40,459 nt of DNA from Rhodothermales bacterium (GTDB taxonomy: Bacteria; Bacteroidota; Rhodothermia; Rhodothermales; VXPQ01): the NCBI GenBank assembly GCA_040904565.1, contig JBBDTI010000001.1:1-40459 (forward strand), given 5' to 3'. Shown piece by piece: positions 1 through 10,231 of the stretch. The notes beneath the pieces were generated by a model. That model saw only the letters and a program-made list of their open reading frames with translations. It was not told where the DNA came from and did not search any database. Positions within the stretch are counted from its first letter, which is position 1, and each line of letters begins with the position of its first letter. The position numbers were made by a program, and so were the translations under genes.

Positions 1-3
1 AAG

Positions 4-77
4 TGGCGCGGGAGAGACTCGAACTCTCGACCTTACGATTATGAGTCGTACGCTCTAACCAGCTGAGCTACCGCGCC
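4..77 (-). tRNA. tRNA-Met (CAT), probably elongator
   Basis: Reverse complement GGCGCGGTAGCTCAGCTGGTTAGAGCGTACGACT-CAT-AATCGTAAGGTCGAGAGTTCGAGTCTCTCCCGCGCCA has a D-loop, a TTCGA T-loop and a paired G1-C72, so it is not the initiator. CCA is not encoded. Ile2(CAT) is not fully excluded. Confidence 0.93.
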
Positions 78-343
78 GGAGACGGCGTCGCGCCGCTGTA
101 GGCGGACGTAATATAGAAATCATGCGTGCGTAAGTTTCCGCGTTTCGGTGAAAAGGACGTGGACGGAAGGAGAGCGACTCGTCGACGCCGGGGGATGCAA
201 TCCGCCGCCGGCTTGCGTAGCTTCCAGCAGAGCCGTACCCGCCTCCGGCACCGGTCTGCCCGAGAGGGCCCGTCCGAGAGCGTACGTTTCCCTCGCGTCA
301 CGAGTACGGCACCGACCTGCAACCCTAACAGCTCCCGCTCGAC

Positions 344-1279
344 ATGCATCACCTACCCGCGCCGCGGGCGACGTCGCCCAGCGCGCGCACACGCTCCTTC
401 GGCGTCTTTCCGGCAGCCGCCCTGGTCGCGACTGCACTTTTGACCGCCGGCTGCGGAGGGACCGGCGATGCTCCCGAAGCGCACGACGACCTCCGCGCTT
501 CGCTCACCTTCTACGCCTCGTTCGACGGGGAAGCGGACGCGGACTACTCGCTCGGCGACCGGTCCATCTATACGGCGCCCTCGTGGGGCGACCGGACATT
601 GAGCCGGGAGGGCCTTCCGGCCGACAGCCTCGTCGCGCACGCGAGCGGAGAGGGACTGTACGGGGATGCGCTCTATTTTCCGGCGTCGGATCCGAACATC
701 GTGTTCTTTCAGGCCGAGGACAACCTCTACTACAGTGAAAGTGACTGGAGCGGGACGATCTCGTTCTGGATCAGCCTGGACCCGGACGAGGATCTCGCGC
801 CGGGCTACAGCGATCCGCTGCAGATCTCGGCGAGCGCGTGGAACGACGGAGCCCTCTTCGTGGATTTCACGCAGGAGGACGATCCACGGCATTTCCGTTT
901 CGCCGCGTTCGCGGATTACGACGTGTGGAATCCGGAGGACCTCGACTGGTCGGAGATCGCCTTCGAAGACCGCCCGATGATCGATATCGCCGATCCGCCG
1001 TTCGACCGCGATCGATGGACGCACGTGGTGATGACGTTCGAGCATTTAAATACCGGTGGGGCCGATGGCGTGGTAACCGGTTATCTCAACGGTGAAGCCA
1101 TTGGCACGCTCTCCGGCCGAGAACAGACGGTCACCTGGAACGTCGAGGAGGCGATAGTGGCGATCGGACTCAATTACGCCGGACGTTTCGACGAGCTCTC
1201 GCTCTACGACCGGGCGCTGAGCGACGAAGAGGTCCGGGCGCTGTACGAACTCGAGGGCGGCGTTGCCTCCCTGTTCTAG
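344..1279 (+). CDS. LamG/concanavalin A-like jelly-roll lipoprotein
   Basis: Lipobox LTAGC. LamG-like motifs GTISFW, WTHVVMTF, YLNG and FDELSLYDRALSDEEV. Confidence 0.85.
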   Translation: MHHLPAPRATSPSARTRSFGVFPAAALVATALLTAGCGGTGDAPEAHDDLRASLTFYASFDGEADADYSLGDRSIYTAPSWGDRTLSREGLPADSLVAHASGEGLYGDALYFPASDPNIVFFQAEDNLYYSESDWSGTISFWISLDPDEDLAPGYSDPLQISASAWNDGALFVDFTQEDDPRHFRFAAFADYDVWNPEDLDWSEIAFEDRPMIDIADPPFDRDRWTHVVMTFEHLNTGGADGVVTGYLNGEAIGTLSGREQTVTWNVEEAIVAIGLNYAGRFDELSLYDRALSDEEVRALYELEGGVASLF

Positions 1280-1372
1280 CGCGCTGCGGGAACCCTCCGG
1301 CCTTGCATCCGCTTCGTCGCGGAAGGGCGACGAACAGCTCAATAAACATACGTTCATCTATCGGCTGTCGCG

Positions 1373-2578
1373 ATGGTCAACACGATTCTTCTGATCGGTA
1401 CGCTCGATACGAAAGGTACCGAATATGCGTACGTCCGGGAGTTGATTCTCGCGGACGGACTCAACGTGCTCACGATGGACGCCGGCGTGCTCGGTGAGCC
1501 GGCGTTTGAGCCGGACGTCGACGCCGGCGAGGTGGCCGCTGCCGGCGGTAGCTCCCTCGAGGAGCTGCGCACCCGCCGGGATCGAGGAGAAGCCGTCGAG
1601 GTGATGATTCGCGGTGTACGACGCCTCGTTCCGCAACTCTACGAGGAGGGCCGCATCCACGGGGTACTCGCTCTCGGAGGCGGCGGCGGCACGAGCCTGG
1701 CCACGGCGGCCATGCGGGAACTACCCGTCGGCGTGCCCAAGCTGATGGTCTCGACGATGGCCTCCGGTGACGTGTCACCCTACCTCGGCGGCAAAGACAT
1801 CACGCTGATGTATTCCGTCGTCGACATCGCCGGCCTCAACCCGCTCTCGCGCCGCATTCTGGCCAATGCCGCCGGCGCGATCTGCGGCATGGTGCGGCAG
1901 GAGGTCCCCGAAGCGGATGACCGGCCCATCATCGCCGCGTCGATGTTCGGCGTGACGACGCCGTGCGTGAACCGCGTTCGCGAACGCATGGAGGAAGCCG
2001 GCTACGAGGTGCTCGTGTTTCACGCCACGGGTTCGGGCGGCCGTTCGATGGAAGGCCTCATCCGGGATGGATACGTCGCGGGCGTCGCCGACGTGACGAC
2101 GACGGAATGGTGCGACGAGGTCGTCGGGGGCGTGCTCAGTGCCGGACCGACGCGCCTGACGGCGGCGGGGGAGTCCGGCGTGCCGCAGGTGGTTTCGTGC
2201 GGGGCGCTGGACATGGTGAATTTCGGAGCCTTCGCCTCGGTCCCGGACCCGTTCAAGGAGCGCAATCTGTACCGGCACAATCCGAACGTCACGCTGATGC
2301 GCACGACCCCGGACGAATGCCGCGAGATCGGTCGTCGCATCGCGCAACATCTCAGCGCAGCCTCCGGCCGGACCGTGCTGATGCTTCCCCTGAAGGGCGT
2401 GAGTATGCTCGATGATGATGGCGAGCCGTTCTTCGATCCGGAAGCCGACGCCGCGCTGTTCGATGCGCTGCGCGAACACGCGGGGCCGTCCGTGGACATC
2501 GTCGAGCTGGATCTGCACATCAACGACCCGGCGTTCGCCGATGCGATCGCCGACCGGCTGCTCGAACTCATGGCGTAA
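1373..2578 (+). CDS. Tm-1-like ATP-binding domain protein (UPF0261), paralog 1
   Basis: N-terminal IGTLDTKG, LGGGGGT, LPVGVPKLMVST, SVVDIAGLN, FHATGSGG, C-terminal HINDPAFA. Confidence 0.92.
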   Translation: MVNTILLIGTLDTKGTEYAYVRELILADGLNVLTMDAGVLGEPAFEPDVDAGEVAAAGGSSLEELRTRRDRGEAVEVMIRGVRRLVPQLYEEGRIHGVLALGGGGGTSLATAAMRELPVGVPKLMVSTMASGDVSPYLGGKDITLMYSVVDIAGLNPLSRRILANAAGAICGMVRQEVPEADDRPIIAASMFGVTTPCVNRVRERMEEAGYEVLVFHATGSGGRSMEGLIRDGYVAGVADVTTTEWCDEVVGGVLSAGPTRLTAAGESGVPQVVSCGALDMVNFGAFASVPDPFKERNLYRHNPNVTLMRTTPDECREIGRRIAQHLSAASGRTVLMLPLKGVSMLDDDGEPFFDPEADAALFDALREHAGPSVDIVELDLHINDPAFADAIADRLLELMA

Positions 2579-2603
2579 TCCAGAACCAATTCTATTCATT
2601 CCC

Positions 2604-3443
2604 ATGCCTTTTATCCCGTACGAAGAAAGCCTGCAGCGCCTTCGCAAGCAGGCGCAGGAAGGCCGGCCGATTGTCGGCGCCGGAGCCGGCACCGGAATCT
2701 CCGCCAAGTTCGCCGAACAGGGCGGCGTCGACCTCATCATCATCTATAATTCCGGGCGCTATCGGATGGCCGGCCGGGGCAGCGTGGCTGGACTGATGCC
2801 CTACGGCGACGCCAATCAGATCGTCGTGGAGATGGCCAGCGAGGTGCTGCCCGTCGTGAAGGATACGCCCGTGCTGGCGGGCGTCTGCGGCACGGATCCC
2901 TTCCGGCTCATGCCCGCCTACCTGAAGCAGCTCAAGGCGATGGGCTTCGACGGCGTGCAAAATTTCCCGACGGTGGGGTTGATCGACGGTTATTTCCGGC
3001 AGACGCTGGAGGAGACCGGTATGAGTTTTTCGTTGGAGATCGACATGATCCGGACGGCCCACGAGCTCGAGATGCTGACCTGTCCGTATGCGTTCGACGA
3101 GGATCAGGCCGCGGCGCTCACGCGGGCCGGGGCGGACGTGATCGTCGCACACATGAATACGACGGTGAAGGGCTCGATCGGAGTGAGCGCGGAAGCGGCC
3201 CTCTCCCTCGACGACGCGGCGAAGCGCGTGCAGGCCATTCACGACGCGGCGACGTCGGTCCGGGAAGACGTACTCGTGCTCTGCCATGGCGGTCCGATTG
3301 CCGAGCCGGACGACGCGCAGTACATTTTCGACCATACGGAAGGGATCGCCGGCTTCTTCGGTGCGTCGAGCATCGAACGGCTTCCGACAGAGCGGGCCAT
3401 CGAGGCGCAGGCGCGCCGATTCAAGGATCTCCGCCCATCTTGA
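2604..3443 (+). CDS. TIM-barrel protein, PEP-hydrolase-like family (partner of Tm-1-like protein)
   Basis: GAGAGTGISAK, DLIIIYNSGRYRMAGRGS, GVQNFPTVGLIDG, CHGGPI, GFFGASS. Start moved from 2412 to the in-frame ATG at 2604, just after the upstream stop. Confidence 0.9.
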   Translation: MPFIPYEESLQRLRKQAQEGRPIVGAGAGTGISAKFAEQGGVDLIIIYNSGRYRMAGRGSVAGLMPYGDANQIVVEMASEVLPVVKDTPVLAGVCGTDPFRLMPAYLKQLKAMGFDGVQNFPTVGLIDGYFRQTLEETGMSFSLEIDMIRTAHELEMLTCPYAFDEDQAAALTRAGADVIVAHMNTTVKGSIGVSAEAALSLDDAAKRVQAIHDAATSVREDVLVLCHGGPIAEPDDAQYIFDHTEGIAGFFGASSIERLPTERAIEAQARRFKDLRPS

Positions 3444-3476
3444 TCCCTCGCTGTACCGAATCGGAGGACTGTTCAC

Positions 3477-4274
3477 ATGAAACGTTGGGAGACAAGAACG
3501 ATGAGATATGTATGGGCGCGCACTCTTTGCACGGCCGGTTGCCTGTTGGTCGTCCTCACGTCGGCAGGCTGCGACACATCGGATCGGGCCGCGGAGGAGG
3601 CCGAAGGTTTCGTCTGGATCTTCGACGGAGAGTCGCTCGAAGGCTGGGAAGGCGACCCTGCCTACTGGAGGGTCGAAAACGGCGCGCTCGTAGGTGAAGT
3701 CACGCCGTCTACGCTGCTGGAACGGAACACCTTCATTATCTGGCGAGGAGGATGGACGCGTGATTTCGAGCTCAAACTCGAGTACCTTGTGTCGGCGGAG
3801 GGGAACAGCGGGATTAATTACCGGAGCGAAGAGGTCGATGGCGTGCCGTTTGCCTTGAGAGGATATCAGGCTGATCTGGACGGCGCCAACCGGTACACCG
3901 GCAGCAACTACGAAGAGCGCGGCCGCACGACGCTGGCCGCACAGGGGGAGGTGACGATCATTCCGGCCATCGAGCACGCCGCGTCGGTGCAGGAGCATGT
4001 AGAGCAGAATCGGTGGACGCCTGCGGAGACGGTACGCTCGCTGGGCTCCTCCACCTCCTTGGACGCCCGGATTCACAGCGACGATTGGAACGACTACCAC
4101 CTCGTCGTCGAAAATAATCGAATGAGGCATTTCGTAAACGGCGTCCTCATGAGCGACGTAACGGACAACGACACCTTGAATCGACGCTTCGAAGGTCTGC
4201 TCGGCGTGCAGGTTCACGTCGGACCCCCGATGAAGGTTGAATACCGCAACATCCGCCTGAAGCAGCTGGATTAG
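3477..4274 (+). CDS. DUF1080 (3-keto-glycoside hydrolase family) lipoprotein
   Basis: GGAGG RBS and lipobox TSAGC. FDGESLEGW, DFELKLEY, GNSGINYRS, GYQAD, WNDY, GLLGVQVH, VEYRNIRLK. Confidence 0.9.
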   Translation: MKRWETRTMRYVWARTLCTAGCLLVVLTSAGCDTSDRAAEEAEGFVWIFDGESLEGWEGDPAYWRVENGALVGEVTPSTLLERNTFIIWRGGWTRDFELKLEYLVSAEGNSGINYRSEEVDGVPFALRGYQADLDGANRYTGSNYEERGRTTLAAQGEVTIIPAIEHAASVQEHVEQNRWTPAETVRSLGSSTSLDARIHSDDWNDYHLVVENNRMRHFVNGVLMSDVTDNDTLNRRFEGLLGVQVHVGPPMKVEYRNIRLKQLD

Positions 4275-4285
4275 CTCAGCATAGC

Positions 4286-5776
4286 ATGGTACGGACAGCG
4301 TTGACCATTTTCGTACTCCTCGTGGTGTCGAGTCACCCCTGCTCCACCGCGAAAGCGCAGGACGCGGCTGATCGGCCGAACGTGTTGTTTATTTCCATCG
4401 ACGATTGGAACGACTGGCTCGGTGCGCTGGGAACGCATCCGCAGGTGCAGACGCCGAATATAGACCGCCTCGCCGAGCGCGGTACGCTCTTCACCAATGC
4501 TCACGTGCCGGTCCCGCTCTGCAATCCCGTACGCGTCAGCATCATGACGGGACTCCGTCCCTGGACGACCGGCGTCTACGGCCTGTCGCCGGGAAATCGT
4601 GAGGCCCCGGCCACGCAGGACGTCGTGACGCTCGGCCAATATTTTGCAGGCAACGGCTATCAGACCTATTCCACGGGGAAAATATTTCACGGCGGATACG
4701 CAGAAGACGAGTTCGAGGAATGGGGCCCCCGAGGCGGTGAGATGCGTCCGGAGGAAAAGCTCGTCGAGGCGCCCGTTCATATGGGCAACCACCCGCTCCT
4801 CGACTGGGGCGTGATGCCGGACGAGGCCGATACGGCACATCAGGACTACAAGGCCGCGTCGTGGGCGGTGGAGCAGCTCGAGCGGATCGGGGCCGGAGCC
4901 GACGAAGCCCCGTTCTTTCTGGCGGTCGGCCTCGTCGCTCCGCACGTGCCGCTTTTTGCCTCGCAGAAGTGGTTCGATCTCTACCCCGAGGAGGATGAGA
5001 TCTGGCTGCCTCCGGCTCCCGAAGGAGACCGCGACGACGTGCCCGATTTTGCGTGGTATCTGAACTGGTACCTTCCAGAACCCCGCTTGTCCTGGGTGCT
5101 CGAAAACGACCAGTGGGCGCCGAAGGTGCGAGCCTATCTGGCTACGATCAGTTATATGGACGCCCAGGTCGGACGTGTCCTGGATGCTCTCGAAGCCCAG
5201 AATCTGGACGACGATACCATCGTGGTGCTGTGGTCGGATCACGGATATCACCTCGGTGAGAAGGATCTCACCGGCAAGAACACGTTATGGGAGCGATCGA
5301 CGCGCATACCGCTGATCTATGCGGGCCCCGGCATCACGGTGGGTGCCCGTACGTCGCGGCCGACCGATCTGCTGGATCTCTATCCGACCCTCGTGGAACT
5401 GGCGGGTCTGCCCGAAAATCCGGAGCTCGAGGGCATTTCCGTGGTTCCGCAGCTGCGGAATCCGGATGCACCGCGCGAGAGGCCGGCCATCACGACGCAC
5501 AATCCCGGGAATCACGCCGTGCGGTCGGAGCGCTGGCGCTATATCCGGTATGCGGACGGCTCGGAAGAGCTCTACGATCATTACCGTGATCCGTTCGAGT
5601 GGTCAAATCTGGCCGACTATCCGGAGTATGCGCACGTAATCGAGGATCTGGCCCGTTGGATACCGGAAAAGGATGCGCCGCACGCTCCCGGCAGTCGATC
5701 TCGTGTCTTGTGGCGAGAAGGAAATGTGTGGATGTGGGAAGGTGAGCCGATCGTACCTGAGGATCAGATTCGTTGA
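4286..5776 (+). CDS. Secreted Cys-type sulfatase (iduronate-2-/choline-sulfatase-like)
   Basis: Signal peptide, PNVLFISIDD, CNPVR..IMTG (CxPxR), GKIFH, PHVP, SDHGYHLGEK, ELYD. Confidence 0.92.
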   Translation: MVRTALTIFVLLVVSSHPCSTAKAQDAADRPNVLFISIDDWNDWLGALGTHPQVQTPNIDRLAERGTLFTNAHVPVPLCNPVRVSIMTGLRPWTTGVYGLSPGNREAPATQDVVTLGQYFAGNGYQTYSTGKIFHGGYAEDEFEEWGPRGGEMRPEEKLVEAPVHMGNHPLLDWGVMPDEADTAHQDYKAASWAVEQLERIGAGADEAPFFLAVGLVAPHVPLFASQKWFDLYPEEDEIWLPPAPEGDRDDVPDFAWYLNWYLPEPRLSWVLENDQWAPKVRAYLATISYMDAQVGRVLDALEAQNLDDDTIVVLWSDHGYHLGEKDLTGKNTLWERSTRIPLIYAGPGITVGARTSRPTDLLDLYPTLVELAGLPENPELEGISVVPQLRNPDAPRERPAITTHNPGNHAVRSERWRYIRYADGSEELYDHYRDPFEWSNLADYPEYAHVIEDLARWIPEKDAPHAPGSRSRVLWREGNVWMWEGEPIVPEDQIR

Positions 5777-5873
5777 AAGCGCCTGTTTTTTTGACACGCC
5801 GCTCGGACGCGTAGCAATGCGCACACAGACATCCCGCGCGCCCTCAATTTGGGAGCACCAATAGTCTATATAT

Positions 5874-7238
5874 ATGGTACATCCTTCCCTGCAGATTCTT
5901 ATACCCGGTCTGCTGACCGCCCTGCTGTTCCTGTCGGGATGTTCAACCCAGGCAGATGAACATACGCAGGCGCAGGAGGAGACGCGTCCCAATATTGTCA
6001 TGATCATTTCAGACGATCACGCCTGGAACGATCACGGCTTCGTGGGTGGTCGTGTGGTCCAGACGCCGAACCTCGACAGGTTGGCCTCCGAAAGCATGGT
6101 GTACATGCGCGGATACACTCCAACTTCCGTGTGCCGGCCGAGCCTGGCGACCATAGTCACGGGTCTTTACCCACATCAGCATGGGATCACGGGAAACGAT
6201 CCGCCCGGCGAAAACAGCCGGGACCCGGCCGCTCGTGCAGAATTGGTAGATGTATTTAGGCGCAACGTAAATTTACCTGAGTTGCTGGGCGAACACGGAT
6301 ACGTCAGCCATCAGTCCGGCAAGTGGTGGGAGGGTGATCCTACGGAACATGGCTTTACCGTGGCCATGACGCACGGGATCGTTGAAGAGGGCGGTCGGCA
6401 CGGCGATGAGGGCTTAACGATTGGCCGCGAAGGCATGGAGCCCATCTTCAATTTCATCGACGCCGCGGACGACCAACCCTTCTTTATCTTCTACGCGCCG
6501 TTCCTTCCGCATACGCCCCATAACCCGCCGGACAGACTTCTTGTGAAATATCAGGCACCCGACCGTCCGGTGGAGGTTGCCAAATACTATGCTATGATCG
6601 AGTGGCTTGACGAAACGGTCGGAGAACTTCTTAACTACCTTGACCGGGAAGGCCTCGTGGAAGATACGATCGTACTCTATGCCGTTGATAACGGCTGGAT
6701 CCAGGCCGTCGGAGATCAGGCGATGGCAGATACGCGTTCCAAAATGTCTCCTTACGATGCGGGTATGCGGACGCCAATCATGATCCGGTGGCCGGGCGAA
6801 ATCCAGCCTGGACGAGACGAAGAAACGCTTGTAAGCACGGTGGATCTGGTTCCGACCATGCTCCACGCGGCACATATCGAGCCGCCGTCCGGGCTACCGG
6901 GGATCGACTTGCGCGATTCGGAAGCGCTCTCTAACCGGAAGATGGTATTTGGAGCGTTGTTCGCTCATACGGCCGTCGACCTTTACGATCCGGTCGCCAA
7001 CCTCAAATATCGCTACGTCGTCCGAGAAGACGGATGGAAATTAATCCTTTCCTATACCCCGAACCGTGGCGTGCCATTGATGATCAACGGTGCTACATCG
7101 GATTGGATGCGTTTTGAGCCGGAGCTTTATAACGTCATAGAGGATCCATACGAGCGGAATGACATGGCGGATGAGCGGCCGGAGCTCGTTAGTGAACTGC
7201 GTACAGAAATTGAGCAATGGTGGACCGTTTCCCAGTAA
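5874..7238 (+). CDS. Sulfatase-family lipoprotein with variant CRPSL motif
   Basis: Lipobox LSGC, PNIVMIISDD, CRPSLATIVTG, GKWW, PHTP, DNG, ELYN..DPYE. Confidence 0.88.
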   Translation: MVHPSLQILIPGLLTALLFLSGCSTQADEHTQAQEETRPNIVMIISDDHAWNDHGFVGGRVVQTPNLDRLASESMVYMRGYTPTSVCRPSLATIVTGLYPHQHGITGNDPPGENSRDPAARAELVDVFRRNVNLPELLGEHGYVSHQSGKWWEGDPTEHGFTVAMTHGIVEEGGRHGDEGLTIGREGMEPIFNFIDAADDQPFFIFYAPFLPHTPHNPPDRLLVKYQAPDRPVEVAKYYAMIEWLDETVGELLNYLDREGLVEDTIVLYAVDNGWIQAVGDQAMADTRSKMSPYDAGMRTPIMIRWPGEIQPGRDEETLVSTVDLVPTMLHAAHIEPPSGLPGIDLRDSEALSNRKMVFGALFAHTAVDLYDPVANLKYRYVVREDGWKLILSYTPNRGVPLMINGATSDWMRFEPELYNVIEDPYERNDMADERPELVSELRTEIEQWWTVSQ

Positions 7239-7312
7239 CTGCGGCCATCATCTCCATATGAGTGATCGATACTCAGAAAAACGACGTCTAAGCGCCCTTA
7301 TCTGCCGTCAAC

Positions 7313-10222
7313 ATGATTGAATCGGTTTCCTCATTTTGGCTGTGGCAGTTCCTCGGCCGCTTGCATCCGCTGATCGTCCACTTTCCGATCGGGCTGCTGA
7401 TTGCCGCGTTCGCGTTGGAGATGCTCACGCTAGGTGGGCGCAGGCCGAACCTCCGGGAAGGGATCGCCTGGGTTCTTCGGATGGGCGCGGCATCGGCGGT
7501 GGTGGCGGCAGGATTCGGCTGGCTGCTGGCGGCCACCGACGGCGTCGTCGGCGAAAGGGTCGAGTACCACCAGTGGCTCGGAGTAACGACGGCCGTGCTG
7601 GCTTTGGGCGCGGTGTTTCTCCTCGAGCGGGCGCGGCGGGCCGACGAGCCTTCGCTCGTTGCCTACAGAAGCGTGCTCGGCCTCTCGATAGCGTGCCTGA
7701 CCGTTGCGGGCCACCTCGGCGCGGGCCTCACGCACGGCTCGGATTATCTCACCTCCACGCTCCCCTGGAACCGGGTCGAGCAGCCGTCGGACGAAGAGAT
7801 GGGAGTGCTGCTCGCGGAGTTCGCGGACTTGCAGCAGGTCAGCGCGCTCCGGGAGTCTGACCTCAATCGTCTCAACATCCAGGTGCGGCGCATATTCGCG
7901 CATAACTGCTATAAGTGCCACAGCTCGGACAAGGAGGAGAGCGAGCTGAGACTTGACAGCAAGGAGGCCGTGATGCGAGGCGGCGAAGGAGGCCGAATCC
8001 TCATCCCCGGCAATGCGGACGAAAGCGAGATCGTGCGCCGGATCAACCTGCCGGCCGGCCACGAAGACGTGATGCCCAATGAGGGCGATCTCCTATCCCG
8101 CGAGCAGATCGCGCTGATCGAGCTCTGGATCAACGAAGGCGCCCACTGGGCCGACGAGGACGTCCAGGTCTTTCCCGAGGCGCCTCTGGAACTCACCATG
8201 CCTGCCGTTCCCGACGCTCCAGGCGACAATCCGGTCGACCGCTATGTGCACGACTATTTCGCCGAGCAGGGGATTGCATGGCCGGAGCCTGTAGATGACG
8301 CTACGTTCATCCGGCGAGCCTCTCTCGATCTCGTCGGCCTGCTTCCCGAGCCGGAGGCCGTCGAGGCCTTTCTGGAAGACGGTGCGCCGGACAAGCGTGA
8401 CCGGCTGGTGGATGAGCTGCTGGCGCGCGACGAGGCCTACGCGCAGCACTGGCTCACCTTCTGGAACGACCTGCTGCGGAATGATTACACGGGCACCGGT
8501 TATATCACTGGCGGCCGAGAGCAGATTACGGGATGGTTGTACCGCAGTCTACTGACGAACGCATCGTACGAGTCCATGGTGCGAACGCTGGTCAATCCGA
8601 CCGACGAGTCCGAAGGATTCATCAAAGGAATCGAGTGGCGCGGCGCGGCAAACGCCAGTCAGACGACCGAGATGCAGGCCGCCCAGAACGTCTCCCAGGT
8701 TCTTCTGGGACTCAATCTGAAATGCGCCTCCTGCCACGACAGCTTCGTCAGCAACTGGACGCTCGACGAGGCCTACGGCTTCGCCCAGATATTTGCAGAC
8801 AGCACGCTCGACATCTACCGCTGCGACGTGCCGACGGGTCGAACGGCGGAGGCGAGCTTTCTCTTCCCTGAGTTGGGGCAGGTAGACGGCAATCTCCCGG
8901 TCGATAGGCGGCTCGAACAGCTCGCCGACATTATGGTCAAGCCGGAAAACGGACGCCTCTATCGCACCATCGTGAACCGGTTCTGGGCGCAAATGATGGG
9001 GCGGGGTATCGTTGCGCCCGTTGATGAGATGGACAACACGCCGTGGAGTCAGGAGCTGCTCGACTGGCTGGCGGCCGATCTGATCCAAAACGACTATGAT
9101 CTGAAACACACGCTTCGGCATATCGCCGCGTCGCGGACGTACGGCCTGCCGTCGGTGGGATTGGAGAGTCCCGATGCGCTGAATGCGAATGAGTTTACGT
9201 TCGAAGGACCCCTGCGACGCCGCCTGACGGCCGAGCAGTTCGCCGATGCGCTCAGTCAGTCGGTCACGCCCGTGTACGCGTCCGTAGCCTTCGATCCGTA
9301 CGACCGAACGGTACCGGCGGATTGGATCTGGTTTCCGTCACGGGAGAATGATCGCAACACCCTTCCACGACCGGGCACCTACCGTTTCCGCCATGCGTTC
9401 TCGCTCCCCACTTCACAGATTGCCTCGGCAGAGATGCTAGCGACCGCGGACCATTCCTATCGACTGTATCTGAATGGACGTCTGGTCGGGAAGGGCAGCG
9501 ACTGGCGCGACGTCGGCCGGTACGACGTCGCTCAACGTCTGGAAGCGGGACCGAACGTGATTGCCGTGGAAGCCGAGAATGAGGGAACCGTACCCAATCC
9601 GGCCGGACTGCTGCTCAGCCTGAAGATCCGCTTCGAAGACGGTACCGAGCAGGTCGTCACGACGTTCGGCGGCGGTCGCGGCGCGGAGGAAGACCGCGGG
9701 GAATGGCTCGTCACGAATGCCGCCCTGGGCGAAGGATGGCAGACGCGCGACTTCGACGATCGGGATTGGCAGCCGGCCCGTCGATTCGGCAGCCATGCCG
9801 ACAACAATTATTGGGGGCGCCTGCTCGCCTTCACACACGATCGATCCGAGGAGGACGTGGGCTTCGTTCGCGCAGCCCTGGTCGAGCGCGATGAATTTCT
9901 ATCGGCGCTCGGTCGTCCGAATCGCGAGAACGTCTCGACGGATCGCGACGACGAGGCCACGCTGCTTCAGGCCCTCGCGCTTACGAACGGCGAGTTCATG
10001 AGCAAAATCCTCACGCGCGGTGCGGCCGGCTGGTACGAGGAACACGCCGGCGCGCCCCGGGCCATCGTGCAGAATCTGTACCGGGAGGCATTCGGACGCC
10101 TTCCTACGGAGGCCGAGGAAGCAGCTGCGCTCGACGCGCTCGGGTCCCAGCCGGATCGGGACGCGATCGAGGATCTCATCTGGGCCGTCGTGCTGACGCC
10201 GGAATATCAACTGATATACTGA
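7313..10222 (+). CDS. Membrane-anchored planctomycete-type cytochrome c / DUF1549-DUF1553 (PSD1) protein with DUF2231-like N-terminus
   Basis: N-terminal TM region GRLHPLIVHFPIG..H..GH.G. Heme motifs CYKCH and CASCH. FIRRASLDLVGLLP, RTIVNRFWAQMMGRGIV, ELLDWLA, RRLTAEQ..D, LQALALTNG. Confidence 0.88.
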   Translation: MIESVSSFWLWQFLGRLHPLIVHFPIGLLIAAFALEMLTLGGRRPNLREGIAWVLRMGAASAVVAAGFGWLLAATDGVVGERVEYHQWLGVTTAVLALGAVFLLERARRADEPSLVAYRSVLGLSIACLTVAGHLGAGLTHGSDYLTSTLPWNRVEQPSDEEMGVLLAEFADLQQVSALRESDLNRLNIQVRRIFAHNCYKCHSSDKEESELRLDSKEAVMRGGEGGRILIPGNADESEIVRRINLPAGHEDVMPNEGDLLSREQIALIELWINEGAHWADEDVQVFPEAPLELTMPAVPDAPGDNPVDRYVHDYFAEQGIAWPEPVDDATFIRRASLDLVGLLPEPEAVEAFLEDGAPDKRDRLVDELLARDEAYAQHWLTFWNDLLRNDYTGTGYITGGREQITGWLYRSLLTNASYESMVRTLVNPTDESEGFIKGIEWRGAANASQTTEMQAAQNVSQVLLGLNLKCASCHDSFVSNWTLDEAYGFAQIFADSTLDIYRCDVPTGRTAEASFLFPELGQVDGNLPVDRRLEQLADIMVKPENGRLYRTIVNRFWAQMMGRGIVAPVDEMDNTPWSQELLDWLAADLIQNDYDLKHTLRHIAASRTYGLPSVGLESPDALNANEFTFEGPLRRRLTAEQFADALSQSVTPVYASVAFDPYDRTVPADWIWFPSRENDRNTLPRPGTYRFRHAFSLPTSQIASAEMLATADHSYRLYLNGRLVGKGSDWRDVGRYDVAQRLEAGPNVIAVEAENEGTVPNPAGLLLSLKIRFEDGTEQVVTTFGGGRGAEEDRGEWLVTNAALGEGWQTRDFDDRDWQPARRFGSHADNNYWGRLLAFTHDRSEEDVGFVRAALVERDEFLSALGRPNRENVSTDRDDEATLLQALALTNGEFMSKILTRGAAGWYEEHAGAPRAIVQNLYREAFGRLPTEAEEAAALDALGSQPDRDAIEDLIWAVVLTPEYQLIY

Positions 10223-10231
10223 GCTTCACCA

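Noticed and set aside
126-738. Short ORFs between the tRNA and the LamG gene
   Set aside because: Low-complexity Arg/Ala-rich translations that overlap a better-supported CDS.
1313-1334. Hairpin TTCGTCGC/GCGACGAA as an intrinsic terminator
   Set aside because: The 8-bp stem is real but has no U-tract, so it was not called a terminator.
2592-4217. 541-aa minus-strand ORF
   Set aside because: Antisense to the well-supported TIM-barrel and DUF1080 genes.
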